Source: Bacteroidota bacterium
GTDB taxonomy: Bacteria; Bacteroidota; Bacteroidia; 2-12-FULL-35-15
DNA length: 64,000 nt
Reading direction: 5' to 3'
Assembly: GCA_016707685.1 (NCBI GenBank)
Contig: JADJHE010000018.1
Location: 5,447-69,446 of the forward strand
This document shows, one piece after another, positions 21,194 to 31,530 of this stretch (within the stretch, counting starts at the first letter, position 1; the number at the start of each line of letters is the position of its first letter). The notes beneath the pieces were generated by a model. It was not told the DNA's origin and did not search any database. It was given only the letters and a program-made list of their open reading frames with translations. A program made the position numbers and the translations under genes.

Positions 21194-22353
21194 TGCTTTC
21201 TATAATTGGAGCATTGTCAATTTTTTTTACACTCCTACTCGATGATGAAATCGTTTCGTATAAAAACTACTATCAAAGTATTTTAGCCTTACTAACACTT
21301 CATTTTTTCATCACTGCATCCTTACGTTTTATTTTATCCAGCATCACCAATTCACGTATTCACAGACGAATTATTGGTTTCAACACACTACTTGTAGGTA
21401 GTAATGCAAATGCCATTCGTTTATACAATGAGATGGAAAATTTGCATAAATCCTCTGGAAATAAATTCGTTGGATTTGTACACATCGATAATAAAAATGG
21501 CTTTTCTAATGAATTAAAAAAGAGTATTCCACATATAGGAGAATTGGATGATTTAAAACGAATAATTACCGACTATGAAATAGAAGAAGTAATTATTGCT
21601 ATTGAATCGTATGAGCACGACAATCTTGGAAAAATTGTAAACGAATTGGATTACAGAGGTATCATCATCAAAGTAATACCCGACATGTATGATATTTTAT
21701 CTGGATCTGTAAAAATGACGTCCATCTTTGGAGCTCCTTTGATTGAAATATCGAGAGAAATAATGCCTGCATGGGAGCAATCATTAAAACGAATTTTTGA
21801 TATTGTTATTTCTCTTTTTGTATTGATATCATTTAGTTGGTTGTATTTAATTGTATCCCTTGCTGTAAAATTAAACTCGAAAGGACCTATTTTTTATAGC
21901 CACGAGCGTATTGGTTGGCATGGTAAACCCTTTATGATTCATAAGTTCCGATCGATGTATACGGATGCTGAAAAAATGGGGCCAGCACTATCAAGTAAGC
22001 ATGACCCACGCATTACTCCGCTGGGAAGATTTTTGAGAAAGGTTCGTTTAGATGAAATCCCCCAATTTTACAATGTATTGATTGGCGAAATGAGTATTGT
22101 TGGACCTCGTCCAGAACGCCAATTTTTTATTGATCAAATCGTTCAAAAAGCACCACATTATAAACACTTGCATAAAGTCCGTCCAGGTATTACCTCTTGG
22201 GGACAAGTAAAATACGGCTATGCCGAAAATGTAGACCAAATGGTAGAGCGTTTAAAATACGACATCCTTTATTTGGAAAACATGAGCTTAGCAGTGGATA
22301 TTAAAATTCTTATCTATACAGCCCTTATTGTATTGCAAGGAAGAGGTAAATAA
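21193..22353 (+). CDS. polyprenyl-phosphate sugar-phosphate transferase (WbaP/EpsB-type 'sugar transferase')
   Basis: The C-terminal catalytic domain reads KRIFDIV.SL..L....PIFYSHERIG..GKPF.IHKFRSM...A.....DPRITPLGRFLRK.RLDEIPQF.NVL.GEMSIVGPRPE. Confidence 0.85.
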   Translation: MLSIIGALSIFFTLLLDDEIVSYKNYYQSILALLTLHFFITASLRFILSSITNSRIHRRIIGFNTLLVGSNANAIRLYNEMENLHKSSGNKFVGFVHIDNKNGFSNELKKSIPHIGELDDLKRIITDYEIEEVIIAIESYEHDNLGKIVNELDYRGIIIKVIPDMYDILSGSVKMTSIFGAPLIEISREIMPAWEQSLKRIFDIVISLFVLISFSWLYLIVSLAVKLNSKGPIFYSHERIGWHGKPFMIHKFRSMYTDAEKMGPALSSKHDPRITPLGRFLRKVRLDEIPQFYNVLIGEMSIVGPRPERQFFIDQIVQKAPHYKHLHKVRPGITSWGQVKYGYAENVDQMVERLKYDILYLENMSLAVDIKILIYTALIVLQGRGK

Positions 22354-22460
22354 TACCTACCAAAATTTATCTGACTACTTCAAATTAATTCGATTTAGCA
22401 TTCCTTTTTTTTTAATTTTACAACACCAATTGAAAACGTATAATCATTAATTTAACGACT

Positions 22461-23351
22461 ATGAAAAATATTGCCGTAATAGGATCAGGAACTATGGGAA
22501 ATGGAATTGCCCACACATTTGCACAATTTGGTTACAATGTTTCATTAATTGATATTTCTCAGCCTGCATTAGATAAAGCACTAGCAACAATTGCTAAAAA
22601 CTTGGATCGTATTGTTGCAAAAGGTGCAATTACTGAAGCCGACAAAGCGCAAACATTAAAAAACATTACTACTTATACTGTAATGGCTGATGGTGTTAAA
22701 AATGCTGATTTAGTGGTAGAGGCAGCGACAGAAAACGTAGAAATCAAATTAAATATTTTCAGAGAATTGGATAAAATCTGTCCTGCGAATACTATATTGG
22801 CTAGCAATACTTCTTCTATCTCCATTACAAAAATTGGTTCGGTAACAAAGCGTGCCGATAAAGTAATTGGAATGCATTTTATGAATCCTGTTCCTGTAAT
22901 GAAATTAGTAGAAGTAATTAGAGGTTATTCAACTTCTGATGAAGTAACCAATTTGATTATGGAAACTTCAAAAAAACTAAGCAAAATCCCTGTTGAAGTA
23001 AATGACTATCCAGGATTTGTGGCAAACAAAATCCTAATGCCAATGATTAATGAAGCCATTATTACATTGCATGAAGGCACAGCAGGTGTTGAAGAAATTG
23101 ACACGGTGATGAAACTAGGTATGGCGCATCCGATGGGGCCATTGCAATTAGCTGATTTTATAGGATTGGATGTTTGTTTGTCGATTTTACGTGTACTGCA
23201 AGATGGTTATGGTAATCCCAAATATGCTCCATGTCCGTTATTAGTAAACATGGTAACTGCAGGTCATTTAGGTGCTAAATCGGGACAAGGATTTTACAAA
23301 TACACTGCTGGCTCAAAAGACTTGGTAGTTGCTGATAGCTTCAAAAAATAA
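22461..23351 (+). CDS. hbd: 3-hydroxybutyryl-CoA / 3-hydroxyacyl-CoA dehydrogenase
   Basis: N-terminus is MKNIAVIGSGTMGNGIAH, followed by NTSSISIT, HFMNPVPVMKLVE and GFV.N. Length 296 aa. Confidence 0.85.
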   Translation: MKNIAVIGSGTMGNGIAHTFAQFGYNVSLIDISQPALDKALATIAKNLDRIVAKGAITEADKAQTLKNITTYTVMADGVKNADLVVEAATENVEIKLNIFRELDKICPANTILASNTSSISITKIGSVTKRADKVIGMHFMNPVPVMKLVEVIRGYSTSDEVTNLIMETSKKLSKIPVEVNDYPGFVANKILMPMINEAIITLHEGTAGVEEIDTVMKLGMAHPMGPLQLADFIGLDVCLSILRVLQDGYGNPKYAPCPLLVNMVTAGHLGAKSGQGFYKYTAGSKDLVVADSFKK

Positions 23352-23372
23352 ACGTATTAATTATACAACAAT

Positions 23373-23416
23373 GCCGTACAATTTGTGTTTATAATTGTAC
23401 GGCTTATTTTTTTACA
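23373..23416 (+). terminator. intrinsic terminator after hbd
   Basis: The sequence is GCCGTACAATTtgtgtttatAATTGTACGGCttattttttt, an 11-bp stem. Confidence 0.75.
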
Positions 23417-23419
23417 CAA

Positions 23420-24343
23420 ATGAAAACAACAAAACTACATCTCTTCACTATTGCATTGTTATTCGGCCTGCATGCTTCTGGATTTGCCCAAGGATGTAGT
23501 GATGCGGGATTTTGTACTGCTGAAAGTTACAAACCACAAACGATGAAATCCGATTCAGCAGAAGTTATTCATAAAAATGTTTTTAAAATTGGATTTTCCA
23601 ATGGTAAGGCTGATCGAAATATAGATATAGTAGGAATGAGTATTGAGTACTCTCGAATTTTCACAAAAAAAATCGGGCTTAACTTAAAACTAACAGGCTT
23701 GTCTCAATCAGGCAAGGAATATAAAGCATTGGGATTATCTGATTTATATATCAATGGTAATTATTCTCTAGCAAAACCAGTTACAATCTCTGCTGGGGTA
23801 AAGCTACCTTTCACAGCTGGCAATGAAAAAAAGGGAACAATTCCTTTGCCTATGGATTATCAAACAAGTTTAGGAACCATTGATTTGATAGCAGGAATTA
23901 GTTACACTATTAAAAATTTGAAGCTTGTTGCTGCAATCCAACAACCAATTAGTCAAAATAAAAATGCATTTCTTCAAACCAATCACGATAGCACAAGTGA
24001 ATTTTATTCTTTTAACTCCACAAATCAATACATCAGAAAAGGAGATGTTTTATTGCGAATAGCCTATTCAATAAATGCAGGAAAAAAATTGAGTATAACA
24101 CCTAGCCTTTTGCCAATATACCATTTAGGAAATGATAGTTACACCGACTCTTCGGGTATTAAAACAGCCATCATTGGTTCACAGGGATTGACATTTAATG
24201 GAAATCTTTTTGTTGAATATAGTATTAACAAACAAAACGTTATTGAATTAAGTTTTGGTACACCTTTCATTACTCGAAAAGTACGACCTGATGGTCTGAC
24301 AAGAAAGTATGTTATAGCACTCGAATATAAAATCTACTTCTAA
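23420..24343 (+). CDS. hypothetical outer-membrane beta-barrel protein
   Basis: Signal peptide MKTTKLHLFTIALLFGLHASGFAQ, alternating strand pattern and a C-terminal ...EYKIYF. Confidence 0.55.
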   Translation: MKTTKLHLFTIALLFGLHASGFAQGCSDAGFCTAESYKPQTMKSDSAEVIHKNVFKIGFSNGKADRNIDIVGMSIEYSRIFTKKIGLNLKLTGLSQSGKEYKALGLSDLYINGNYSLAKPVTISAGVKLPFTAGNEKKGTIPLPMDYQTSLGTIDLIAGISYTIKNLKLVAAIQQPISQNKNAFLQTNHDSTSEFYSFNSTNQYIRKGDVLLRIAYSINAGKKLSITPSLLPIYHLGNDSYTDSSGIKTAIIGSQGLTFNGNLFVEYSINKQNVIELSFGTPFITRKVRPDGLTRKYVIALEYKIYF

Positions 24344-24348
24344 AAAAA

Positions 24349-24378
24349 AGCCGAAACAATTATGTTTCGGCTTTTTTT
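24349..24378. terminator. bidirectional intrinsic terminator
   Basis: The sequence is aaaaaaAGCCGAAACAattatTGTTTCGGCTttttttt, lying between convergent genes. Confidence 0.75.
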
Positions 24379-24408
24379 ATGTAGCATTGATTTGAGATAA
24401 ACGTGCAA

Positions 24409-24879
24409 TTAACTTAATTTTGATAATACTTCTTTGATTGCAATAAAGTTCGGTTGTTCACCTGCATTCTCTAATACTTCAGCATACTGAACAATACCAT
24501 CTTTATCAATTACAAACGCAGAACGCTTAGAAACGCCTTTCATTCCCAAAACAAACTCGGGATACAACGAACCGTATGCAGTTGATACTTCTTTGTTAAA
24601 ATCGGATAACAAAGGAAAATTTAAACGTTGTTCTTCTTTGAATTTACCCAATGTAAATAATGAATCAACAGAGATTCCAAACACTTGTGCATTTGCATTG
24701 TTGTAGCTTGCAATATCATCACGTGTTGCACACAATTCAGCTGTGCACGTACTTGTAAATGCTAATGGAAAGAACAACAAAACAACATTCTTCCCTTTAT
24801 ACTCTTCCAAACTAGTAGCTTTTTTTTCAGTATCATTTAATGTAAATGATGGCGCTTTTTGACCAATTTCTATTTTCAT
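24409..24879 (-). CDS. peroxiredoxin (AhpC/TSA / redoxin family)
   Basis: Motif VVLLFFPLAFTSTCTAELC, with the peroxidatic Cys in the F.P..FT..C context. Length 156 aa. Confidence 0.8.
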   Translation of the reverse strand: MKIEIGQKAPSFTLNDTEKKATSLEEYKGKNVVLLFFPLAFTSTCTAELCATRDDIASYNNANAQVFGISVDSLFTLGKFKEEQRLNFPLLSDFNKEVSTAYGSLYPEFVLGMKGVSKRSAFVIDKDGIVQYAEVLENAGEQPNFIAIKEVLSKLS

Positions 24880-24940
24880 TTTTTATTTTTTATTATGTTT
24901 CTAATCTATTTAACAATCGTAACGACTAAATGTTTAAAAC

Positions 24941-24970
24941 AAAAAAGCCGTAACATATTTACGGCTTTTT
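24941..24970 (-). terminator. intrinsic terminator downstream of ilvE
   Basis: The sequence is aaaaaaGCCGTAAcatattTTACGGCttttt, with a U-run on both strands. Confidence 0.7.
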
Positions 24971-24990
24971 GCTAGAATATGTAAAGCCAA

Positions 24991-26064
24991 TTAGTCGATT
25001 TTAACCATCCAATTGTGCTTGTCTTCAGATTTACCTTTACGTATGTTTTCTAATTCTTGTGCAACACGGTTCGAGAAGATTCTTCCTTCCGTAGCTGGTA
25101 ATTCATAATCTTTTCCTTCGAAGCCAAATGATGCAATGTGAGCTATTGTAGCTGCCGTACCAGTTCCAAACATTTCTTCTAATGTACCGCGCTTATGAGC
25201 ATCAATTACTTCATCAATACTAATCTTACGTTCCTGTACTTTCATTTTCCAATCACGAGCAAGTGTTAAAACGCTATCACGTGTAATACCTGCTAAAATA
25301 GTATCACCAATTGGAGGTGTAATTAATACATCGTCAATAACAACCATTAAATTCATGGTTCCAGATTCTTCTAAATATCTGTGATTTTTAGAATCTGTCC
25401 AGATGATTTGCTGGTATCCACGTTGTTGTGCTAATTTGGTAGGAAATAATGAACGACCATAATTTCCAGATGCTTTTACATAACCAACACCTCCTTCAAC
25501 AGCACGTATATAATTTGTTTCAACCAACACTTTTACAGGTGCATTGTAATACTTACCTGCGGGTGAAGTAATAATATAAAAACGATAATTATCAGAAGGT
25601 TTTACTCCAATAAATTCATCGGTACCAATAATAAATGGACGGATATATAAAGAAGAACCATCTGTATCAGGCACCCAGCCTTTATCTAATGAGATTAATT
25701 GTTTTAATCCTTCCATAAATATTTCTTCTGGAATGGTAGCCATCGCCATACGTTCTGCAGAAATATTGATACGTTTGTGATTGTCGTATGGACGAAATAA
25801 AAACACTTCGCCTTTGTCATTTTTGTAGGCTTTCATTCCTTCAAAAATAGCTTGTCCGTAATGCAAAGCTGATGTAGCAGGACTCATTGGAACTGGTCCG
25901 TATGGTATTATTTGAGCATCGTGCCATACACCATCGTTATAATCAACCAAAAACATATGGTCAGAAAACTGATGACCAAAAATAATTTTATTATAATCAA
26001 GTTCACCAACACGAGAGTTTGTTGTTTGTTGAACTTTTATCGAAACTTTTTCTGTTGTAATCAT
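24991..26064 (-). CDS. ilvE: branched-chain amino acid aminotransferase
   Basis: Length 357 aa. Motifs LHYGQAIFEGMKAY and a PLP-Lys region (GGVGYVKASGNY), plus GTGTAA. These are typical of class IV aminotransferases. Confidence 0.9.
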   Translation of the reverse strand: MITTEKVSIKVQQTTNSRVGELDYNKIIFGHQFSDHMFLVDYNDGVWHDAQIIPYGPVPMSPATSALHYGQAIFEGMKAYKNDKGEVFLFRPYDNHKRINISAERMAMATIPEEIFMEGLKQLISLDKGWVPDTDGSSLYIRPFIIGTDEFIGVKPSDNYRFYIITSPAGKYYNAPVKVLVETNYIRAVEGGVGYVKASGNYGRSLFPTKLAQQRGYQQIIWTDSKNHRYLEESGTMNLMVVIDDVLITPPIGDTILAGITRDSVLTLARDWKMKVQERKISIDEVIDAHKRGTLEEMFGTGTAATIAHIASFGFEGKDYELPATEGRIFSNRVAQELENIRKGKSEDKHNWMVKID

Positions 26065-26164
26065 ACGATGTTATTTATGTATAGCTAAAAATAAATAATA
26101 ATTTCCTTCTAAACAATGAGATTTCAAGAAAAATAGATGAATATGACTAAAATTAAGATGAATA

Positions 26165-27574
26165 TTACTTAAACTTCACCTTTCGGGCAGCAAAAAAGCA
26201 CATTTTAAGCAATAATAGCCCATGTTTGAATCGGGAGATGTTTGTTCTTCCATAAGTACGTTCATGGTATCTTACAGGCAGTTCAACCATGCAGAGGTTT
26301 AATTTATGTGCACCAAAAAGTAAATCAAAATCACCAAAAGGATCAAAATCACCAAAATAGGACCTATTAGTAACTAAACGCTTGTAATCTTTCTTCAACA
26401 AAACTTTTGTACCACAGAGTGTATCTTTAATGGGCTGATCGAGCAACCATGTAAATGTTTGACTAAAAAATTTATTCCCTAAAAGATTTAAAAAGCGCAT
26501 AGCTTCCTTTTGCATGGGATACACTAATCGAGAACCATTCACAAAATCGGCTTTGCCAGAAGCTATTGCATTATAAAATTTGATCAAATCCTCTGGTGCA
26601 ACTGTTAAATCTGCATCCAATATCATTAAGACATCGCCTGTTGCTAAATCAAAACCTTTTCGAACTGCAGGAGCTTTTCCTTTTTCATTTATTTGAATGG
26701 CTTGTGTTTTAAAATGGGAAGATGAAGATTCTTGAACTGTTGTTATTTTCTCCCATGTATCATCTGTTGATCCGCTTTCAACAAAAATCAACTCAGTAGA
26801 ACTACCTAATTGTGGCAATCGATTCAATAAATTTTGAATATTACCGCTTTCATTTCTTGCAGGTACAATTATGGATACTGACAACTCCTTTTCAATTGAA
26901 TTTTTAGGTAATGCTTTTGCAAACGTGTAATTGTTGATGGATAATAATCTTAAAACAGGCAATTTTGCCAATACATTGTTCATTAGTTCAGAAATCAATG
27001 GAATGTATAAAGGAAAAATCATGCTTCGTGAATTTCGATAAACGTGAAATCCAGATAGAAAAAGAAGATTGTTTATTTCCGCTAAGCTTAACCAATTCTG
27101 ACGAGGTGTTTTGGTTTTATAACCAATCCATTCTCCAAATTTGAGAATAGGTTCCCACAAAAAATTATAATAGGTGATAATGATTTTTGTGTTGGCATGG
27201 CAAAGTGCATGTAGCTTTTCAAACACCAATTGAATGTCGTCCAAATAGCCAATTAAATTTGAAAGTATTATTAAGTCAAATTTTTGTTCCAGTTGAATTT
27301 CTTCAGCAGCCATTACACGAACATCTAAAGTGGGATATTGTTTTTTTGCCTGTTCAATCATCAACTCACTAAAATCAATTCCAACTTTCGTTTTTGCTTT
27401 TATTTCATTTAACAACTCACCGGTTCCACAACCAATTTCTAAAACAGAAATATCCTCATGAATAAAATAATCACAATAGTTAGTGATATCATTCCAATAG
27501 TAGGACTTTGCCTTTCGCTGTTTAATGCGTGTAGGTGCAATCGTATTAAAATATGTTTTTTTATCCGCTTCCAT
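26165..27574 (-). CDS. bifunctional class I SAM-dependent methyltransferase / family 2 glycosyltransferase
   Basis: The N-terminus has VLEIGCGTGELL (SAM motif I). The C-terminus has SVSIIVPARNESGNI...LMILDADL (GT2 fold with DxD). The start lies 1 nt after the stop of the upstream gene. Confidence 0.8.
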   Translation of the reverse strand: MEADKKTYFNTIAPTRIKQRKAKSYYWNDITNYCDYFIHEDISVLEIGCGTGELLNEIKAKTKVGIDFSELMIEQAKKQYPTLDVRVMAAEEIQLEQKFDLIILSNLIGYLDDIQLVFEKLHALCHANTKIIITYYNFLWEPILKFGEWIGYKTKTPRQNWLSLAEINNLLFLSGFHVYRNSRSMIFPLYIPLISELMNNVLAKLPVLRLLSINNYTFAKALPKNSIEKELSVSIIVPARNESGNIQNLLNRLPQLGSSTELIFVESGSTDDTWEKITTVQESSSSHFKTQAIQINEKGKAPAVRKGFDLATGDVLMILDADLTVAPEDLIKFYNAIASGKADFVNGSRLVYPMQKEAMRFLNLLGNKFFSQTFTWLLDQPIKDTLCGTKVLLKKDYKRLVTNRSYFGDFDPFGDFDLLFGAHKLNLCMVELPVRYHERTYGRTNISRFKHGLLLLKMCFFAARKVKFK

Positions 27575-27575
27575 G

Positions 27576-29373
27576 TTATTGATAATCGTCTATTACATAC
27601 AATCGAAATGTTTCTGAATTACCAGGAGTATCAACTAAGGAACGAATGATATAAGGAAATTTATCACCAATTGTTAAATATTTTTTATCCATTGTTTGCA
27701 AACGAATACGATTATCATTTTCTGAAACAACTGTCATTATAAATTTTTCAGTATCCGTTATTCCAACAGCATCTGCAACTATGATATCGTGCTCCAAAGG
27801 TTTAACAGAAAGAAAACGATTGTTCGCAGCTTTTATAGCAACTACATTCTCATCTATACGTTTAATATAAAATAATTCCTCCTTACTAATAGCATTGTAG
27901 TAACAAGTAAATAAATAATCAGACTGAACACTCGAAGATGTGTACAATTGATTAAACCCTCTAAAATAAACCGCTTGCGTTTCTGGAATTGCATCAATAA
28001 ATTGTTTTGAATACTCAATCTGTGGCATACCTGCTATTCTTCGTTTCCAGTTGTACGGCTTTAGCAAATCGGTCCATTGCTCCGATTTTTTTGTTTGAAA
28101 TAAACCCTCAAAATAAGCCTCACGTGACATATCATCGTAATGGATGAAACCCTTTTATATTGCCAGGTTTGAAACAGATTAAAACTCGCAAATAGAAAAA
28201 CAACAAAAACAACAATCATCATTCGTAATTTTGAAGAACCAACAACTGAAAAACCTGCTGCTAATGGAAAAGCTAAAAAAGCATAGTAGTCAATTACTGG
28301 TCGAATGCCCCAGCTAATTCCATAACTCCATGCCCACCAAGATGACAATATAAAAACGGTTAGCACCATTAGTGAAGTAATTGAATAGAAAAAAGTTTTG
28401 TTTGTTCTAAACAGACTAACTAAACCAATTAGTGCAAAAATCAATATAGGCGTGTAAACAAAAATGCCTTTACGAAAACTAAATAAAAAGGAAGTATTTG
28501 AGGACTATTGAATATAAAATGTTCATCCATGTATACATCATACATCCACTTGCCTGTAGCATACTTCCAATAAACAAATTGCAAAGAGCCAATCAAAAAG
28601 CTATCAAAAAAGAAAAGTAGTAAGGGAGTTAGGTTTGATTTTAAAAACAAAAGAAATGGTTTAATTCCATTTTTAAAGCTAATTGCTGCAATTATAAAAT
28701 AAAGCAAAACTGATACTGCTAATGGGCGAATTAAAACACTTAATGCAAAACAAATTGCAAAAATGAATAATTGTTTTTTAGAAGATGTATTCAACCATTG
28801 AAAAAAGGAATAATTTGCAATACAAAATAAGGAAAAGGAAAGAGCATGAGGCATAATGGATTCAAAACTCGAATACCAAAACAAATTAGTAGCTAATACA
28901 ATTGAAATGGTGGTAACAGCTACCATTTTTTCCGAAAAATGATTCAGCAAGTGTTTCCGAAGATACCATAAACCTATAAACAAATAAATCCAAACACCAA
29001 TCGTAATTGCATTTTGATAAGGCCAGGAATAGCCATCGGGTGGCGCATTTGTAAGTTTAGCAATAAGATGTCCAACTGCAAAAAATGGAGATACCATCAA
29101 ACTAAAACCCAAAGGATGTTTGATTAATTTTTTATCGTTTTCAATCTTATAATACCAAATTTTATCTTTGTAATAGGCCGGATTTTGATCAATGAAATTG
29201 AGGCTTAGATCGTGGTGTATAAACAACGCAGGCAAATAGGTGTAGTAACTGGGAGCATCAACAATAATTCTATTTTGTTTCCACAAATTAAATTTGAAGG
29301 AAGCAAAAACAAGAACAATAAAAACAATAATTATTGCAAAAAAGCTAGGTGATTTTTTAAAAGAAAAATTCAT
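27576..29373 (-). CDS. polytopic membrane protein, GT-C-fold (ArnT/PMT-like) glycosyltransferase candidate with a C-terminal soluble fascin-like beta-trefoil domain; two frameshifts as sequenced
   Basis: ORFs 28441..29373, 28061..28444 and 27576..28130 are contiguous on one strand. Junctions rebuild as ..FLFTRL/GIFVYTPILIFALIG.. and ..TWQYKKGFIHYDDMSREAYF.. (run 28150-28156). At least 10 hydrophobic spans are present. The first loop reads IIVDAPSYYTY. The tail reads NRFLSV..IVADA..DTEKFIM..IRLQT.DKKYLTIG..SETFRLYV. Confidence 0.55.
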
Positions 29374-29376
29374 GCT

Positions 29377-31452
29377 TTAATAGGCTCCATTACGTTTACG
29401 CATAAACCATTCGATACTCAGAAGGGCTAGCAATAAAAAGAAAATCCATTTTAAACTAATCAATTCATTTAATTTTTTCTCGGAATAGGATACCGACTTA
29501 ATATCCTCGCGTGCATTTAGTTTATCAGCAAGCTTATCTATATCGGCTGGATACACCAGCTCGCCAGAATGATTTTTCGCCAATCCATACAAAAGCTGAT
29601 GATCGGCTACTGTATTGTTCAATTCTACTTTTAATGCCGCAATGCTAAACGAACCTTTCTGAACATAATTCTTCTCCCCGGCTTTCACCTTCGCCTCAAA
29701 TTTATAATCGCCAACAGGAAGCATACCTGCATTTAAACGATACGCATTTGTTGTTTTACTGAATGAAAAAGGATAACGTTTATTTTCTGAATTGATGATA
29801 ACGATTTCGACATCGGAAGTATTTATCAATTCATAACTTTCATTATACACTTCAGCTTCCATTTCTATCACTTCGTTTTCAAAAAAGTTATTTTTCGTTA
29901 TAATTCTAAAAAAGCTTTTATCTACTTTAACGGATAAATATTGTACTGTTTTAGAAATGAATTCATCAAACACCAAATGATTACCATGCGCTGCATAATC
30001 CTGTAAACGCCATTTCCATATACCCTCACCAACAAAAAGTGCACTCTTTGTTTCATTCCCCTGATTAAAGGTCATCAATGGCGTTTTTGTATCTACAATC
30101 CCAATGCGCTGATAAAGCAATACATTGCTATTGTTATCTGTTTGAAATGTACCGAATGGAGCTATTGCAGCAGGGAAATTATTTACTGCATTTTTAAAAT
30201 CATCGCTTATGGTAAATAAAGGAAAGTTCTGCTCAAGTAATGGCTCTACTTCATTTGTTTTGGGGGAAGGTGCAGCTCCTGATAAATCTTTTTTTAGAAC
30301 TGAATTTGCTCCAGAAAAAACCCAAAAAGGAATGTTCGCAGTTTTTAATTCTGTAATAATTTTTGTTGCATTATTTTTCAGACTTGGTAATTGGTATAAA
30401 ATAACCAAGTTGTATTTTTTTAATGCCTCGTTAAAATCGTCTATTATAAAACTAGATACCTCGTAGTTTTGATTTGCTTCAATTGATTGTTTAATAGCAG
30501 CAATGTCGGGATGAGGAGCTTCGGATAAAATGAGAATTTTTTGACGAGCATCCAATACATCAACAAATATATCCTTTGAATTATTGGCAATGGTCATTTC
30601 ATCCGAAAGCGGAGAAATAACAACGGAGTATTTTTGCAAACCAATTTCTTTAGCATCTAATAAAACGGGGACCGTTACAGTATAGGCATCCGAATTAAAA
30701 CTCAAGTTTTGAGAAAACACTTTTACTCCAGCTTTAGTGATTGACAAAACAGAAGATTTTCCTTTAAATTGTTTCGCATTTATAACAACTTCTATTGGAA
30801 ATTGATTTCCTAAATAAGCTAAACGATTATGTTCTACTTTCGACAAAACAACATCTTTTTTAACCGTTGTATCGCCCAGTGCAATTGTATATATCGTGTT
30901 CTTAAATTTTGCTGTTGAATAAATGGGATTACTACCTTTATTATAAATACCGTCTGTAGCTATAATAACAGCACCTACATTGCGATTACTATAGCGAGTT
31001 TCTAGCTCTTCGAACAAAGATGAAATATCGGTTTGCTTTTCGTTGAACTGAATTGAATCCATACGATATGCTTCCTTTATTTGATCAGCAAATGAATAGG
31101 AACGAACTTCATATTTATCACTTAATTTTTCAATAAGTGCATTCATTTTTTGCTTGTATTCATTTCTATAGAAATTGGAATCTTTTCCAACCACTATTGA
31201 TTCTGAATTATCTTGAGCAATAATGATAACAGGTTTTTCGACTTCCCGAACGACTGATTTTAAAAGTGGTGAAAGTAATAGAAAAGCTAATAATGTAATA
31301 ACTATAAATCTAAAAAAGGCCATCAAACGAATGAGCCACTTATTGATTTCTGCCAATCGCTTATCACGAAAGTACAATATAGCAGCATAAGCAATTCCTG
31401 CAAGAATGCAAAAAACACTTAGCCATATAGGGTACTCTGTGATAATGTTCAT
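29377..31452 (-). CDS. membrane-anchored vWA-like / BatA-N-like hypothetical protein (N-terminal double TM, C-terminal TM)
   Basis: The N-terminus has two TM helices (PIWLSVFCILAGIAYAAILYF; LMAFFRFIVITLLAFLLL). A vWA-like start (VIIIAQDNSES) follows. The C-terminus has a TM helix (WIFFLLLALLSIEWF). Length 691 aa. Confidence 0.5.
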   Translation of the reverse strand: MNIITEYPIWLSVFCILAGIAYAAILYFRDKRLAEINKWLIRLMAFFRFIVITLLAFLLLSPLLKSVVREVEKPVIIIAQDNSESIVVGKDSNFYRNEYKQKMNALIEKLSDKYEVRSYSFADQIKEAYRMDSIQFNEKQTDISSLFEELETRYSNRNVGAVIIATDGIYNKGSNPIYSTAKFKNTIYTIALGDTTVKKDVVLSKVEHNRLAYLGNQFPIEVVINAKQFKGKSSVLSITKAGVKVFSQNLSFNSDAYTVTVPVLLDAKEIGLQKYSVVISPLSDEMTIANNSKDIFVDVLDARQKILILSEAPHPDIAAIKQSIEANQNYEVSSFIIDDFNEALKKYNLVILYQLPSLKNNATKIITELKTANIPFWVFSGANSVLKKDLSGAAPSPKTNEVEPLLEQNFPLFTISDDFKNAVNNFPAAIAPFGTFQTDNNSNVLLYQRIGIVDTKTPLMTFNQGNETKSALFVGEGIWKWRLQDYAAHGNHLVFDEFISKTVQYLSVKVDKSFFRIITKNNFFENEVIEMEAEVYNESYELINTSDVEIVIINSENKRYPFSFSKTTNAYRLNAGMLPVGDYKFEAKVKAGEKNYVQKGSFSIAALKVELNNTVADHQLLYGLAKNHSGELVYPADIDKLADKLNAREDIKSVSYSEKKLNELISLKWIFFLLLALLSIEWFMRKRNGAY

Positions 31453-31530
31453 TTGATTGTATAACAGATTAAACTAAGAACCGCAGAGTTTTTCTCCACG
31501 GCTCTCTATAATTTCAAGAAAATAAATTTA

